Source: Chitinophagaceae bacterium
GTDB lineage: Bacteria > Bacteroidota > Bacteroidia > Chitinophagales > Chitinophagaceae
NCBI GenBank assembly: GCA_028288585.1
Contig: JAQBNL010000021.1
Location: 9,221 to 73,220, forward strand
Length of the DNA: 64,000 bases
Reading direction: 5' to 3'
The notes under the pieces were generated by a model, which searched no databases, was not told where the DNA came from, and was given only the letters and a program-made list of their open reading frames with translations. The translations under genes were made by a program, and so were the position numbers. This document shows, in pieces, positions 10,162-19,636 of the stretch (the stretch's first letter is position 1; every line of letters starts with the position of its first letter).

Positions 10162-12237
10162 TTAAAAATTAAAAATACCCTGTAGCCTTATCTCAGTTTT
10201 TTTATTCCCGTTTATCTCGTCTAATCCACTTCCGATTATATCTTTTTCGGGATAAATTGTTTGAGCAACACGTAACCACAATGACAATTTCCTGGATATA
10301 TCATAATTGAGATTGATATAATACCGGTAACCTTTATCATAAAATACCGGGATGGAAAAGCTATAAAGCACATCATTCTCATAAGCATACATCCGGGTAT
10401 TATAACTATCCGTTTCAAAATATTGTAACCTTATATTACCGGAATAAGCTTTTCGCTGAGGCTTATATATTATATCTGCATAAGTTAGAAACCCTTGTTC
10501 GGGAGTAATCCCTTTTTTATCATACCACAATAATTCAACTCTGGTTCTAAACGTAAAAGCAGGATTTAATTTACAACTTAACTGCGTTCTCCAGTTTTGT
10601 TTTGGCTTAAGCACTACCGGGTTTAATACTAATCCATCAGGGTTATAATTAATAGCTTTTCTTTCTGAATGATACCTGGAATAAATTTCAATTTGCCTAT
10701 TCGGTTTATATGTTACCTGTAATAAATAATCATTACCGGCTGTAGGGGCGTCGGTTCTAAACTTCAACCAGGGAAATTTATATAAATCTGCATAGGCATC
10801 TATTCTCCACACATCAGTTGGGTTAATACTTATGCCTGCATAAAAACCACTTTCATTGGTGGGAAAAGTACTTTCTGTAAAAGCGTTGGTATAAAGTGAT
10901 TGGTAACCTTTGGAAATCTTTCTATATACAAAACTCATATCAACCCTGGCATCAGTACTTATCAATAATCCATTAATAAATGCTTTGTCTAATTTTTGAG
11001 TAGTTGCGGCTTCTCCAAAAAAATGCATGTTTTTATAGGTGTAACTATAGTCAATACTATAATTACCCCAGCTGTTTCCATTTAATGCATACTTATTATA
11101 TATATCGGCAGCTTTAATAATGGGATAGTTAAAATGATAGTGTACACCATTCAATCCAACATGAAATTTATTTTTTGTAAAAGAAACATTTCCTCCAAAA
11201 GTAAACTGGCGCTGAATATTTTTATCAGCCGCTTCACTATAAGTTCGATGGTACCCTGATGTTTGTAAAGAAGAAACAAAATCCTCGTTATTTAAAGTGT
11301 CAACAACAAAATTTGCATCCAGCTTACGATAACTTATAAATGCTGTTGCTTCTAAAAATTTCTTTTGCAGTGTAATGCCGGCGCCGCGATGGAAATAAAT
11401 TTCCCCTGCAGAATTATAAGGCCTGAGAACATCAGATTGCCTTTTTATATTTAAAACATCTGAACTTTTTTTAAATGCCAGCCCCATCCATTGGGTTAGT
11501 CCCTGCCCAAAATTTACATTAAAATCTCCAAGTGCCAGCGATTTTATTACCCCGATATTTCTTACAAAAAAATGTGCTGAATAAAAATCAAATCCGGATT
11601 TTTGTGTGCCTCTAAAAAATTGTTCGCCTGCATCTTTCTCAGCAGTTATACCATACTGCAACAGGTTTTTATAAGAATATTTATAACGGATAAAAACCTT
11701 TTGAGGGCTGCCGGGGTAAAGGCTTTTTGCATTACTGCTATCTAATAAATGACCTTTTGACTTTTCCAACACCTGCGTAACCCTTGCCAGCACGCTTTTT
11801 TCGCCGTTTTTTAATCTTTTACCTAATGATGCAAATAAGGCTGGCTGATCATTCACAGTAACATAAGGCCGTATCCGTCTTATCATTGATACATTCCAGG
11901 CGGGTATTGCCTGGAGCTCATAAATATTAATAAGGTTTCCAAAAAGATTTCTATATGAAATTAAATTCTGAATCTGTAACGCCGTAAGCACTTTTAATTC
12001 TTTTAAATCACTTTCAGTAGCAGTATTCAGGTTTATGGGGTCATCAAGAAAATGCTGCATTTCCTGCAGGTAGGAATCATCTTCTGTTTCTACGTCCTCA
12101 TTATTCTCAGTTAGATTTTCTAATTGCTGTTCAATAATACCGGGAGGAGTTACGGGTGTTTCCTGCGCATTTGCTGAATAATTATATTGTAACAGGAACC
12201 CCAGAAATACAATTTTTATATAGAAGTATTTTTTCAC
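10162..12237 (-). CDS. Helix-hairpin-helix (ComEA-like) domain fused to a predicted outer-membrane beta-barrel
   Basis: Signal peptide, PINLNTATESDLKEL...YELQAIP HhH segment, amphipathic strands, terminal F. The GTG start overlaps the upstream TGA (GTGA). Confidence 0.8.
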   Translation of the reverse strand: MKKYFYIKIVFLGFLLQYNYSANAQETPVTPPGIIEQQLENLTENNEDVETEDDSYLQEMQHFLDDPINLNTATESDLKELKVLTALQIQNLISYRNLFGNLINIYELQAIPAWNVSMIRRIRPYVTVNDQPALFASLGKRLKNGEKSVLARVTQVLEKSKGHLLDSSNAKSLYPGSPQKVFIRYKYSYKNLLQYGITAEKDAGEQFFRGTQKSGFDFYSAHFFVRNIGVIKSLALGDFNVNFGQGLTQWMGLAFKKSSDVLNIKRQSDVLRPYNSAGEIYFHRGAGITLQKKFLEATAFISYRKLDANFVVDTLNNEDFVSSLQTSGYHRTYSEAADKNIQRQFTFGGNVSFTKNKFHVGLNGVHYHFNYPIIKAADIYNKYALNGNSWGNYSIDYSYTYKNMHFFGEAATTQKLDKAFINGLLISTDARVDMSFVYRKISKGYQSLYTNAFTESTFPTNESGFYAGISINPTDVWRIDAYADLYKFPWLKFRTDAPTAGNDYLLQVTYKPNRQIEIYSRYHSERKAINYNPDGLVLNPVVLKPKQNWRTQLSCKLNPAFTFRTRVELLWYDKKGITPEQGFLTYADIIYKPQRKAYSGNIRLQYFETDSYNTRMYAYENDVLYSFSIPVFYDKGYRYYINLNYDISRKLSLWLRVAQTIYPEKDIIGSGLDEINGNKKTEIRLQGIFNF

Positions 12238-13058
12238 TCCTCCTTTTTATTAAAATTTATCATTAACAATAACCCGGGAGTAAAGCCTAGTTGCGGATGA
12301 TAACCGCCTGTAATATCTAAACGAAAACTTTTCCAGCTTATCCCTGCGCCTATGTAACTGTTTGTTGTTTCTGTTGAGATGCCAGCTCTCACAAAGAACT
12401 GTTTCATGAAATTGTATTGAAATCCTACGTCAATATTTACCGGCTGACTTTCTTCTTTGATTATTTCTGTGCTTACCAAAAACTTTTCCGAAGCTTCGTA
12501 ACCTATTCCGAACTTATAAACAGAACTTAATTTTTCATTATTAGTATTTGACAATTTACCACCAACCGGATTATATGCATGAATGCCAACATGTAATTTT
12601 TCTGAAAGATGTGCAATAGCGCCTATTTCAAAATTTATTGCAGATGAATTTCCATAAGCAGGAATACGAAATCCATAATAATTAAATTTTATACCAATAT
12701 CCAGCTTGCTTCCAATACTTCTTGCATAAGCTATCCCGATCTGGGATTCATTGTAATTTTTATATCCAAAATAATCCGCCTGCAAACCAAAATTTCCCTG
12801 TTTGGTTGGTAAAACAGCAACGGCAGAATAGAGGTTCGTTGAGGAAAGTAAAAAGCGCTTTTCTCCATACACACCAACTGCAGTAGTTTTTATTTGAGCC
12901 AGTGCAGCCTGGTTCGAAGTAAAAGAAAAAGCATCCACATGATTAATACTATAAGCGCCTAAACCGATATAGCGTGCCGCTATGGGCTGCCGAACCGCCT
13001 GGCTAAAACTGATTAGCCAAAATAAAATGAAGAGAAGAGCAAAATAAAACTTTCTCAA
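12234..13058 (-). CDS. Predicted outer-membrane beta-barrel protein, translationally coupled to the HhH gene
   Basis: Signal peptide, alternating aromatic/Gly strands, 4-bp overlap with the downstream gene. Confidence 0.7.
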   Translation of the reverse strand: MRKFYFALLFILFWLISFSQAVRQPIAARYIGLGAYSINHVDAFSFTSNQAALAQIKTTAVGVYGEKRFLLSSTNLYSAVAVLPTKQGNFGLQADYFGYKNYNESQIGIAYARSIGSKLDIGIKFNYYGFRIPAYGNSSAINFEIGAIAHLSEKLHVGIHAYNPVGGKLSNTNNEKLSSVYKFGIGYEASEKFLVSTEIIKEESQPVNIDVGFQYNFMKQFFVRAGISTETTNSYIGAGISWKSFRLDITGGYHPQLGFTPGLLLMINFNKKEE

Positions 13059-13141
13059 TGCAGCGGTATTAAATAGAAAAATAACTGGATAAATTTAATT
13101 GTTATCTTTTAAATAAAACAAATTAAACGGATGCTGATAGC

Positions 13142-13149
13142 TAATTTTG
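13142..13149 (+). promoter_or_regulatory. -7 promoter element (TAATTTTG) upstream of folD
   Basis: Exact TAnnTTTG match 4 nt before the ATG. Confidence 0.55.
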
Positions 13150-13153
13150 CAGC

Positions 13154-14035
13154 ATGAAATTATTAGATGGAAAGCTTGCATCACAGGCCATCAAAGATGA
13201 TCTGAAAACTAAAGTAGAGGAATTAAAGAAGCTGGGAAATAAAATTCCTCACCTGGCTGCTGTTTTAGTTGGAAATAACGGCGCTAGCGAAACGTATGTT
13301 GCCTCTAAAGTAAAAAGTTGCGAAGAGATCGGCTTTAAATCAACCTTAATTCGGTTAGAAGACACAATTAGTGAAGCCGCGTTATTAGAAGTGATCCATA
13401 AATTAAATTATGATAATGATGTAGATGGAATACTGGTACAACTTCCATTACCAAAACATATCTCCGAAGAAAAAGTGATAGATCTTATTGATGCTGCTAA
13501 AGATGTTGATGGCTTTCATCCTGTAAATATTGGCAAGATGGTGCAGGGATCAGAAACTTTTGTTTCCGCAACACCCTATGGCATACTACTATTATTACAA
13601 CATTATAAAATTGAAACAAAAGGGAAACATGCAGTAGTAATTGGCAGAAGCAATATTGTAGGCAGACCCATAAGCATTTTATTAAGCAGGAATGATGATC
13701 CCGGCAATTGCACGGTAACGCTTTGCCATTCTCACACAAAAAATTTAAAAGAAATTTGTTTGCAGGCAGATATAATTATTGCTGCATTAGGTAAACCCGA
13801 ATTTTTAAAAGCAGACATGGTAAAACAGGATGCAGTTATTATAGATGTGGGCATTACACGGATTACGGATGCATCAAAAAAAAGCGGCTATGCAATAAAA
13901 GGCGATGTTGATTTTGAGAATGTATCTCCAAAGTGCAGCTACATAACGCCTGTTCCCGGGGGTGTAGGGCCAATGACCATTGCAGCATTACTTATGAATA
14001 CTTATAAAGCAAATAGTCTGAACCATGATTTATAA
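13154..14035 (+). CDS. folD: Bifunctional methylenetetrahydrofolate dehydrogenase/cyclohydrolase
   Basis: YVxx[38 protein letters not shown] motifs. Confidence 0.98.
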   Translation: MKLLDGKLASQAIKDDLKTKVEELKKLGNKIPHLAAVLVGNNGASETYVASKVKSCEEIGFKSTLIRLEDTISEAALLEVIHKLNYDNDVDGILVQLPLPKHISEEKVIDLIDAAKDVDGFHPVNIGKMVQGSETFVSATPYGILLLLQHYKIETKGKHAVVIGRSNIVGRPISILLSRNDDPGNCTVTLCHSHTKNLKEICLQADIIIAALGKPEFLKADMVKQDAVIIDVGITRITDASKKSGYAIKGDVDFENVSPKCSYITPVPGGVGPMTIAALLMNTYKANSLNHDL

Positions 14036-14076
14036 GATTAAAGGATTTATAGGATTAAAGAATTATTCAAATCATG
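14016..14076. repeat. Degenerate copy of the GTCTGAACCATGATTT MITE-like family, supplying the last codons and stop of folD
   Basis: GTCTGAACCATGATTT at 14016-14031; partial inverted arm AAATCATG at 14069-14076. Confidence 0.7.
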
Positions 14077-14100
14077 CTACTCTTTTAAGCTACCCAAATT

Positions 14101-14742
14101 ATGGTTCAGAATAATACAACTACATCTCTTCCTGTAATGGAAGCATTTTACACGTTACAGGGTGAAGGATATTACCAGGGAAGAGCTGCTTATTTTATCC
14201 GCCTTGGCGGCTGCGATGTTGGCTGTGTATGGTGCGATGTAAAAGAAAGCTGGGATGTTACAAAACATCCTTTAAAAACGATTGATGAAATTGTAGAAGA
14301 CGCAAAACTAATCTCATCCCCCACCGGGAGAGGCAGGGAAGGAGCTTTGGTTGTTGTTACAGGTGGTGAACCTCTAATGCATGATCTTACAGAATTAACA
14401 AACGCATTACATAAAGCAGGCTTTCAAACAAATATTGAAACATCAGGCTCTTCTCCCCTGTCAGGAAATTGGGATTGGATATGTCTTTCTCCAAAAAAAT
14501 TTAAAGCGCCGTTGCCGGAAATATTACAAAAGGCGCATGAGTTAAAAGTTGTTGTTTTTAATAAATCCGATCTTGATTGGGCCGAAAAATATGTTGCATT
14601 AGTTGCACCGGATTGTAAACTTTACCTGCAACCCGAATGGGAAAAAGCATCCATGGTTACCCCAATGATAATTGATTATATAAAATCAAATCCCAAATGG
14701 GAATTATCATTGCAGATACATAAGTACATTAATGTTCCCTAA
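14101..14742 (+). CDS. queE: 7-carboxy-7-deazaguanine synthase (radical SAM)
   Basis: FYTLQGEG, CDVGCVWCD (CxxxCxxC), TGGEPL, IETSG, SLQIHK. Confidence 0.95.
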   Translation: MVQNNTTTSLPVMEAFYTLQGEGYYQGRAAYFIRLGGCDVGCVWCDVKESWDVTKHPLKTIDEIVEDAKLISSPTGRGREGALVVVTGGEPLMHDLTELTNALHKAGFQTNIETSGSSPLSGNWDWICLSPKKFKAPLPEILQKAHELKVVVFNKSDLDWAEKYVALVAPDCKLYLQPEWEKASMVTPMIIDYIKSNPKWELSLQIHKYINVP

Positions 14743-14862
14743 GGTACACGTACGATATTTGATATGAGACATACGATGTACTAACTTACGTTAACATTGT
14801 ATTACATCTGCCACAGCATAATTCTTGCTAATTTTGCTCTTCCTAATATTTTAAACTTCCTA

Positions 14863-16824
14863 ATGAAAAAAACTGTCCCCACATCGTACTTCTTACATCG
14901 TACATCGTACATTTTATTCTTCTTACTTCTTATATCGTACATGGCTAACGCCCAATGGTACGATCCTTTAAAAGTAAAAACAAAGGCAACAGATATTTAT
15001 TTACAGGCAATAAGTAAAGCGCAAAATGGTGACTTAACCACTGCGATAAAAATGATAAACGATGCACTGAAGATTGAGCCAAAATTTGTTGATGCATATA
15101 TTTCGATAGCAGGAATGTATGCTGAGCTAAAAAATTATAATGAATCCGTAAACCAATATGAAAAAGCATTTTCACTCGATAATACTTATTCAAAAACTTA
15201 TCTTCTTCCCTATTCAATTTCTTTGGCAGGTGCAGGAAAATTTGATAAAGCATTAAATGCAGTAACTGCTTTTCTTGCTATTCCTAAATTAAATGAGCGG
15301 AGTATTAAAGCGGCAGAATTCAGGAAAAAAACATATGAATTTGCAATCGACTACGAAAAGAATCATCCAAAAAATTATGTTTTCAATCCACAGAATTTAG
15401 GAGAAAATATTAATACAAAAGATCTTGAATACTATCCTTCTCTTACCATCGATGGTAAAAAAATGGTTCTTACCAGAAGAGTTAATTCCAGCATTGGTAA
15501 AGGAAAAGAAGAATTTTTTGAAAGCACTTTTACAAATGGAAATTGGAGCAATGCAACCCTACTGGAAGGAAATATAAGTACGGGTGAAAATAATGGCGGC
15601 GCCGATAATATTTCGCAGGATGGGAAATGGATCGTTTTTGCCGGCTGTAATTTCCCGGATGGAATGGGCAGTTGTGATATCTATATTTCTTATTTAACCA
15701 AACAGGGATGGAGCACTCCTGAGAACCTCGGCCCTAATGTCAATTCTGAATTTTGGGAAACATCTCCTTCCCTTTCTCCTGATAAAAAAGATCTTTACTT
15801 CAGCAGTACTGTGCCCGGTGGTTTTGGAGCAAGTGACATCTGGGTTTCTCACCGTAATACAAATGGCAAATGGGGATCTGCACAAAATCTTGGGCCGCAA
15901 ATAAATACTTCCGGCGAAGAAGGCAGTCCTTTTATTCATGCAGATAATCAAACATTATATTTTAACTCCAATGGCCACCAGGGATATAGTGAAAAATCTG
16001 ATCTCTTTGTTTCGCACAAACAACCAGACGGTACATGGAGTACGCCTGAAAATTTAGGCTATCCCATAAACACCATTGATGATGAGGGTTCTTTAATAGT
16101 AGCTGCAGATGGCAAAACTGCTTACTATGCAAGTGAGCGAAGCGATTCAAAGGGCGGGCTTGATATCTATACATTTGAATTAAGAGAAGATGTTCGTCCT
16201 GCTAAAACTTTATGGGTTAAAGGAAAAGTTTTTGACAAGAAAACACTAAACGGATTACCCTCTTCAGTACAACTTACTGATGTTGTAAGTAAACAGCCAA
16301 TAAGCAGGTTACAAACCGATGAAGATGGAAATTATTTAGTTACACTTCCCGTAGGAAAAGAGTATGCTTTTAATGTTAACCGCAAAGGATATTTATTTTA
16401 TTCAGCCAATTTTAACCTTGCTAAAAATGCTCCTGATTCAGTGTATCAAATTGATATTCCCTTACAACCTATTGAAGCAAATGCAAGCATTATTTTAAAG
16501 AATGTTTTCTTTGATACAAAGCAAACCCAGCTAAAGCCTGAATCAATAACAGAGCTGGATAATGTTGTGTTGCTGATGAATGAAAATCCTAAATTAAAGA
16601 TCCAGATAGGCGGGCATACTGATAATATTGGTAAGCCCGAAGACAATGTAAAGCTCTCTTTAGGAAGAGCTGTTGCTGTAGTAAATTATTTATTAGGAAA
16701 GGGAATAAAAAATGACCGGCTCACCTTTAAAGGATTCGGAGAGACAAAACCAATTGCTGATAATAAAACTGAGCAAAGCAGGGCGCTGAACAGGAGAACT
16801 GAACTGATTGTTATCAGTAATTAA
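14863..16824 (+). CDS. OmpA-family protein with TPR and PD40 repeats (PorE-like architecture)
   Basis: TPR-like N-terminus, PD40 repeats (PSLSPD), C-terminal OmpA domain (IGGHTDNIG, LSLGRA, NRRTEL). Likely start is the ATG at 14863; a TAATTTTG promoter element lies at 14829-14836. Confidence 0.9.
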   Translation: MKKTVPTSYFLHRTSYILFFLLLISYMANAQWYDPLKVKTKATDIYLQAISKAQNGDLTTAIKMINDALKIEPKFVDAYISIAGMYAELKNYNESVNQYEKAFSLDNTYSKTYLLPYSISLAGAGKFDKALNAVTAFLAIPKLNERSIKAAEFRKKTYEFAIDYEKNHPKNYVFNPQNLGENINTKDLEYYPSLTIDGKKMVLTRRVNSSIGKGKEEFFESTFTNGNWSNATLLEGNISTGENNGGADNISQDGKWIVFAGCNFPDGMGSCDIYISYLTKQGWSTPENLGPNVNSEFWETSPSLSPDKKDLYFSSTVPGGFGASDIWVSHRNTNGKWGSAQNLGPQINTSGEEGSPFIHADNQTLYFNSNGHQGYSEKSDLFVSHKQPDGTWSTPENLGYPINTIDDEGSLIVAADGKTAYYASERSDSKGGLDIYTFELREDVRPAKTLWVKGKVFDKKTLNGLPSSVQLTDVVSKQPISRLQTDEDGNYLVTLPVGKEYAFNVNRKGYLFYSANFNLAKNAPDSVYQIDIPLQPIEANASIILKNVFFDTKQTQLKPESITELDNVVLLMNENPKLKIQIGGHTDNIGKPEDNVKLSLGRAVAVVNYLLGKGIKNDRLTFKGFGETKPIADNKTEQSRALNRRTELIVISN

Positions 16825-16876
16825 TTTTTTCGGATGTGATTTAATTTTCTTTTATTCGTTGTGAGAATGTTTTCCA

Positions 16877-17977
16877 ATGCACAACGATCTCTTATACCAG
16901 ATTGCACTAACGCTTATCCCTAACATCGGTGATGTACATGCAAAAGCATTGGTTACCCATTTTGGTAATGCCCAAAATATTTTTAAAGCAAAGAAAAAAG
17001 ACCTGGGAGAAATTGAAGGCATCGGCTCAATCCGGGCTACATCCATAAAAGAATATGTTGATTTTACAATAGCTGAGGAAGAAATCACTTTCATAGAAAA
17101 ATATAAGATCACTCCTCTTTTCATTACTGGTGAAAACTATCCGCAACGTTTACTCAATTGTTATGATAGCCCGATAATGCTCTATTACAGGGGTAATGCA
17201 GATCTTAATCAATCTAAAATTGTAGCAATAGTTGGCACAAGAAATAATAATGAATATGGCAAAGCAGTATGTGAAAAACTGGTTGAGGATCTTGCCAACG
17301 AAAATATTTTAATTGTAAGCGGACTTGCATTTGGCATTGACAGCTTTGCACATAAGACAGCATTAAAGAATGATATGAAAACGGTAGCAGTTCTTGCTCA
17401 TGGGTTAGACCGCATTTACCCTTCTCAAAATAAATCGCTTGCAAAAGAAATAATTGAGCAGGGTGGCTTACTTACTGATTTCAAAAGCAAAACAAATCCA
17501 GACAAACAAAATTTTCCTAAACGTAACCGGATCGTAGCGGGTATCAGTGATGCAATTGTTGTGGTGGAATCAGGATTAAAAGGAGGTTCATTAATTACAG
17601 CTGAATTGGGCAACGGCTATAACAAAGATGTTTTTGCAATTCCCGGCAGAACGAATGATACAAAAAGCGAGGGATGTAATTATCTTATAAAAAATAATAA
17701 AGCCTGCCTTATCACTTCTGCAGAAGATATTCTGGAAAATATGGGGTGGAAGGAACACAAAAAGTCTTCTGCAAAAAAACAGCGTGAATTATTTATTGAA
17801 CTCTCTGACGACGAAAAGATTGTTATCAATATCCTTCAGCAACAGGAACAAATTCATATTGATGAGTTGTACCTTAAGAGCGGCTTAAGCAGCAGTGCCG
17901 TGGCTTCTGCGTTACTAACTTTAGAAATGCAATCTGTAATCAGTTCATTGCCTGGTAAAATGTATAAGATGGTGTAA
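16877..17977 (+). CDS. dprA: DNA-processing protein DprA
   Basis: VAIVGTR, VSGLAFGID, FPKRNRIVAG, GGSLITA, FAIPG; C-terminal winged helix. Confidence 0.97.
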   Translation: MHNDLLYQIALTLIPNIGDVHAKALVTHFGNAQNIFKAKKKDLGEIEGIGSIRATSIKEYVDFTIAEEEITFIEKYKITPLFITGENYPQRLLNCYDSPIMLYYRGNADLNQSKIVAIVGTRNNNEYGKAVCEKLVEDLANENILIVSGLAFGIDSFAHKTALKNDMKTVAVLAHGLDRIYPSQNKSLAKEIIEQGGLLTDFKSKTNPDKQNFPKRNRIVAGISDAIVVVESGLKGGSLITAELGNGYNKDVFAIPGRTNDTKSEGCNYLIKNNKACLITSAEDILENMGWKEHKKSSAKKQRELFIELSDDEKIVINILQQQEQIHIDELYLKSGLSSSAVASALLTLEMQSVISSLPGKMYKMV

Positions 17978-18030
17978 CAAAAATTTTATATGCCTTGATT
18001 GGATTGTATGTTTGCAAATTAAAAGATTGT

Positions 18031-19290
18031 ATGATACAAATAAACGGGAACAGCATTACCGAACGGTTCATGAGATATGTGCAGATCGATACGCAAAGCG
18101 ACCCTCAAAGCAATGCACAGCCAACCACCCAAAAACAAAAAGACCTAAGCAAAATATTGTTGTCTGAATTACAACAAACCGGCATAACAGCAGAGCTGGA
18201 TGAGCATGGATATGTGTATGCAACAATTCCTTCCAACACTGATAAAAATGTTCCAATCATTTGTTTTTGCAGCCATGTTGATACAGCGCCTGATTGCAGC
18301 GGAACCAATGTAAAACCTATTCTTCATAAAAATTATAGTGGAGAAGATATTATACTGCCCGATGATAATTCACAGGTTTTAAAATTATCAGAGGCTCCCT
18401 ATTTAAAACATCATATTGGCAGTGATATAATTACTGCAAGCGGAAATACTTTGCTAGGCGCAGATGATAAAAGTGGTGTAGCCGCCATTATGGAAGCCGC
18501 TTCTTATTTAATAAACAATCCTGACTTAAAACATGGAGAGATAAGAATTGTATTTACCCCTGATGAAGAAGTGGGCAAAGGCACTGCGAAAATTGATATG
18601 CAGAAAGTAAATGCAAAGTTTGGTTATACATTGGATGGCGGCGAAGCAGGTAGTTTGGAAGATGAAACCTTTAGTGCGGATTTTGCAAGTATAATTATTA
18701 ATGGTGTTATTGCTCACCCCGGTTATGCAAAAGGTAAATTGGTAAATGCCATAAAAATTGCAGGAGAAATTTTAGATACGCTGCCAAAAAATGAATGGGC
18801 GCCTGAAGTAACAGAAAAGAAAGAAGGCTTTGTACATCCTGTAAGAGTTGAAGGAATTGCAGAGAGAGCAACAGTAGAATTTATCGTTAGAGATTTTGAT
18901 AATGATAAATTGAAACAGCATGGCGAAAGATTAAAAAAACTTGCAGAAGATGTAATGAAAAAATATCCTGGAGCCACAATGGAGTTTACAATTAAAGAGC
19001 AGTATAGAAATATGAAAGGAGTTTTGGATAAACATCCTGAAGTGGTTGCCTATGCTGCAGAAGCAATCGAACGAACAGGATTAAAAGTAAAGACCGAAAG
19101 CATCCGGGGCGGCACTGATGGAAGCCGGCTTAGTTATATGGGTTTGCCTTGTCCGAATATTTTTACCGGCATGCAGGGCATACACTCAAAGCTGGAATGG
19201 ATAGGTGTAAAAGATATGGTGAAAGCTTCTGAAACGATTGTGCATTTAAGTATGATTTGGGAGGAAGCCCCACCAAACCTCCCCCAATAG
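18031..19290 (+). CDS. pepT: Peptidase T (tripeptide aminopeptidase, M20)
   Basis: SHVDTA, LGADDKSG, FTPDEEVG, YTLDGG, IRGGTDGSRLS, PNIFTG. Likely start 18031. The last codons come from a repeat element. Confidence 0.96.
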   Translation: MIQINGNSITERFMRYVQIDTQSDPQSNAQPTTQKQKDLSKILLSELQQTGITAELDEHGYVYATIPSNTDKNVPIICFCSHVDTAPDCSGTNVKPILHKNYSGEDIILPDDNSQVLKLSEAPYLKHHIGSDIITASGNTLLGADDKSGVAAIMEAASYLINNPDLKHGEIRIVFTPDEEVGKGTAKIDMQKVNAKFGYTLDGGEAGSLEDETFSADFASIIINGVIAHPGYAKGKLVNAIKIAGEILDTLPKNEWAPEVTEKKEGFVHPVRVEGIAERATVEFIVRDFDNDKLKQHGERLKKLAEDVMKKYPGATMEFTIKEQYRNMKGVLDKHPEVVAYAAEAIERTGLKVKTESIRGGTDGSRLSYMGLPCPNIFTGMQGIHSKLEWIGVKDMVKASETIVHLSMIWEEAPPNLPQ

Positions 19291-19298
19291 TGAAGGCT
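19266..19298. repeat. REP-like element supplying the pepT C-terminus (APPNLPQ*)
   Basis: GCCCCACCAAACCTCCCCCAATAGTGAAGGCTT resembles the element at 57317 (GCCCCCTCTAAATCTCC...GAGAGACTTT). Confidence 0.55.
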
Positions 19299-19421
19299 TG
19301 CTAACACATAAAGCCGTTTATGCTGAATAAAAAAGACCAATATTTACAGAAGGTTTGCTGAAATTTATTTTGCTGATGATGTGGTAGATATAATGTTTGG
19401 ATTTGCACAAATGTGCTGCTT

Positions 19422-19452
19422 CTTCTCTTTTGGAGAGGGAATGAGGGTGAGG
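19422..19452. repeat. REP-like hairpin
   Basis: CTTCTCTTTTGGAGAGGGAATGAGGGTGAGG; same CTCT..GGAGAGGG..GAGG pattern as at 14313 and 24481. Confidence 0.55.
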
Positions 19453-19458
19453 CTAAAC

Positions 19459-19502
19459 GAAACAATTGTGCATTTGAGTATGATTTGGAAGAGAAGGCAT
19501 AA
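19459..19502 (+). pseudogene. Orphan second copy of the pepT 3' end
   Basis: 28/30 nt identical to 19231-19260, with both differences at third codon positions. Continues as TGG-AA-GAG-AAG-GCA-TAA, which reads WEEKA* if one G is restored. Confidence 0.75.
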
Positions 19503-19636
19503 TGGTTACGGCTTGGCAGATGCGGGGGTATTAGGAAAACGTCAGCCGTTGACCAAAGCCAAATTAAAAAACTAATGTTGAACAATTTCCTTTTTTTACA
19601 ATCGGCTGCTTTATTGTTGTTGATGTGCGAACTGAT

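Noticed and set aside
14101-14742. queE as a sign of a 7-deazaguanine DNA-modification (dpd) island
   Set aside because: No dpdA/tgt-like, queC or queD gene nearby; the context is housekeeping queuosine synthesis.
19381-19575. 64-aa ORF downstream of pepT
   Set aside because: It is a patchwork of a REP hairpin, the orphan pepT end and the cassette-like repeat; not a credible gene.
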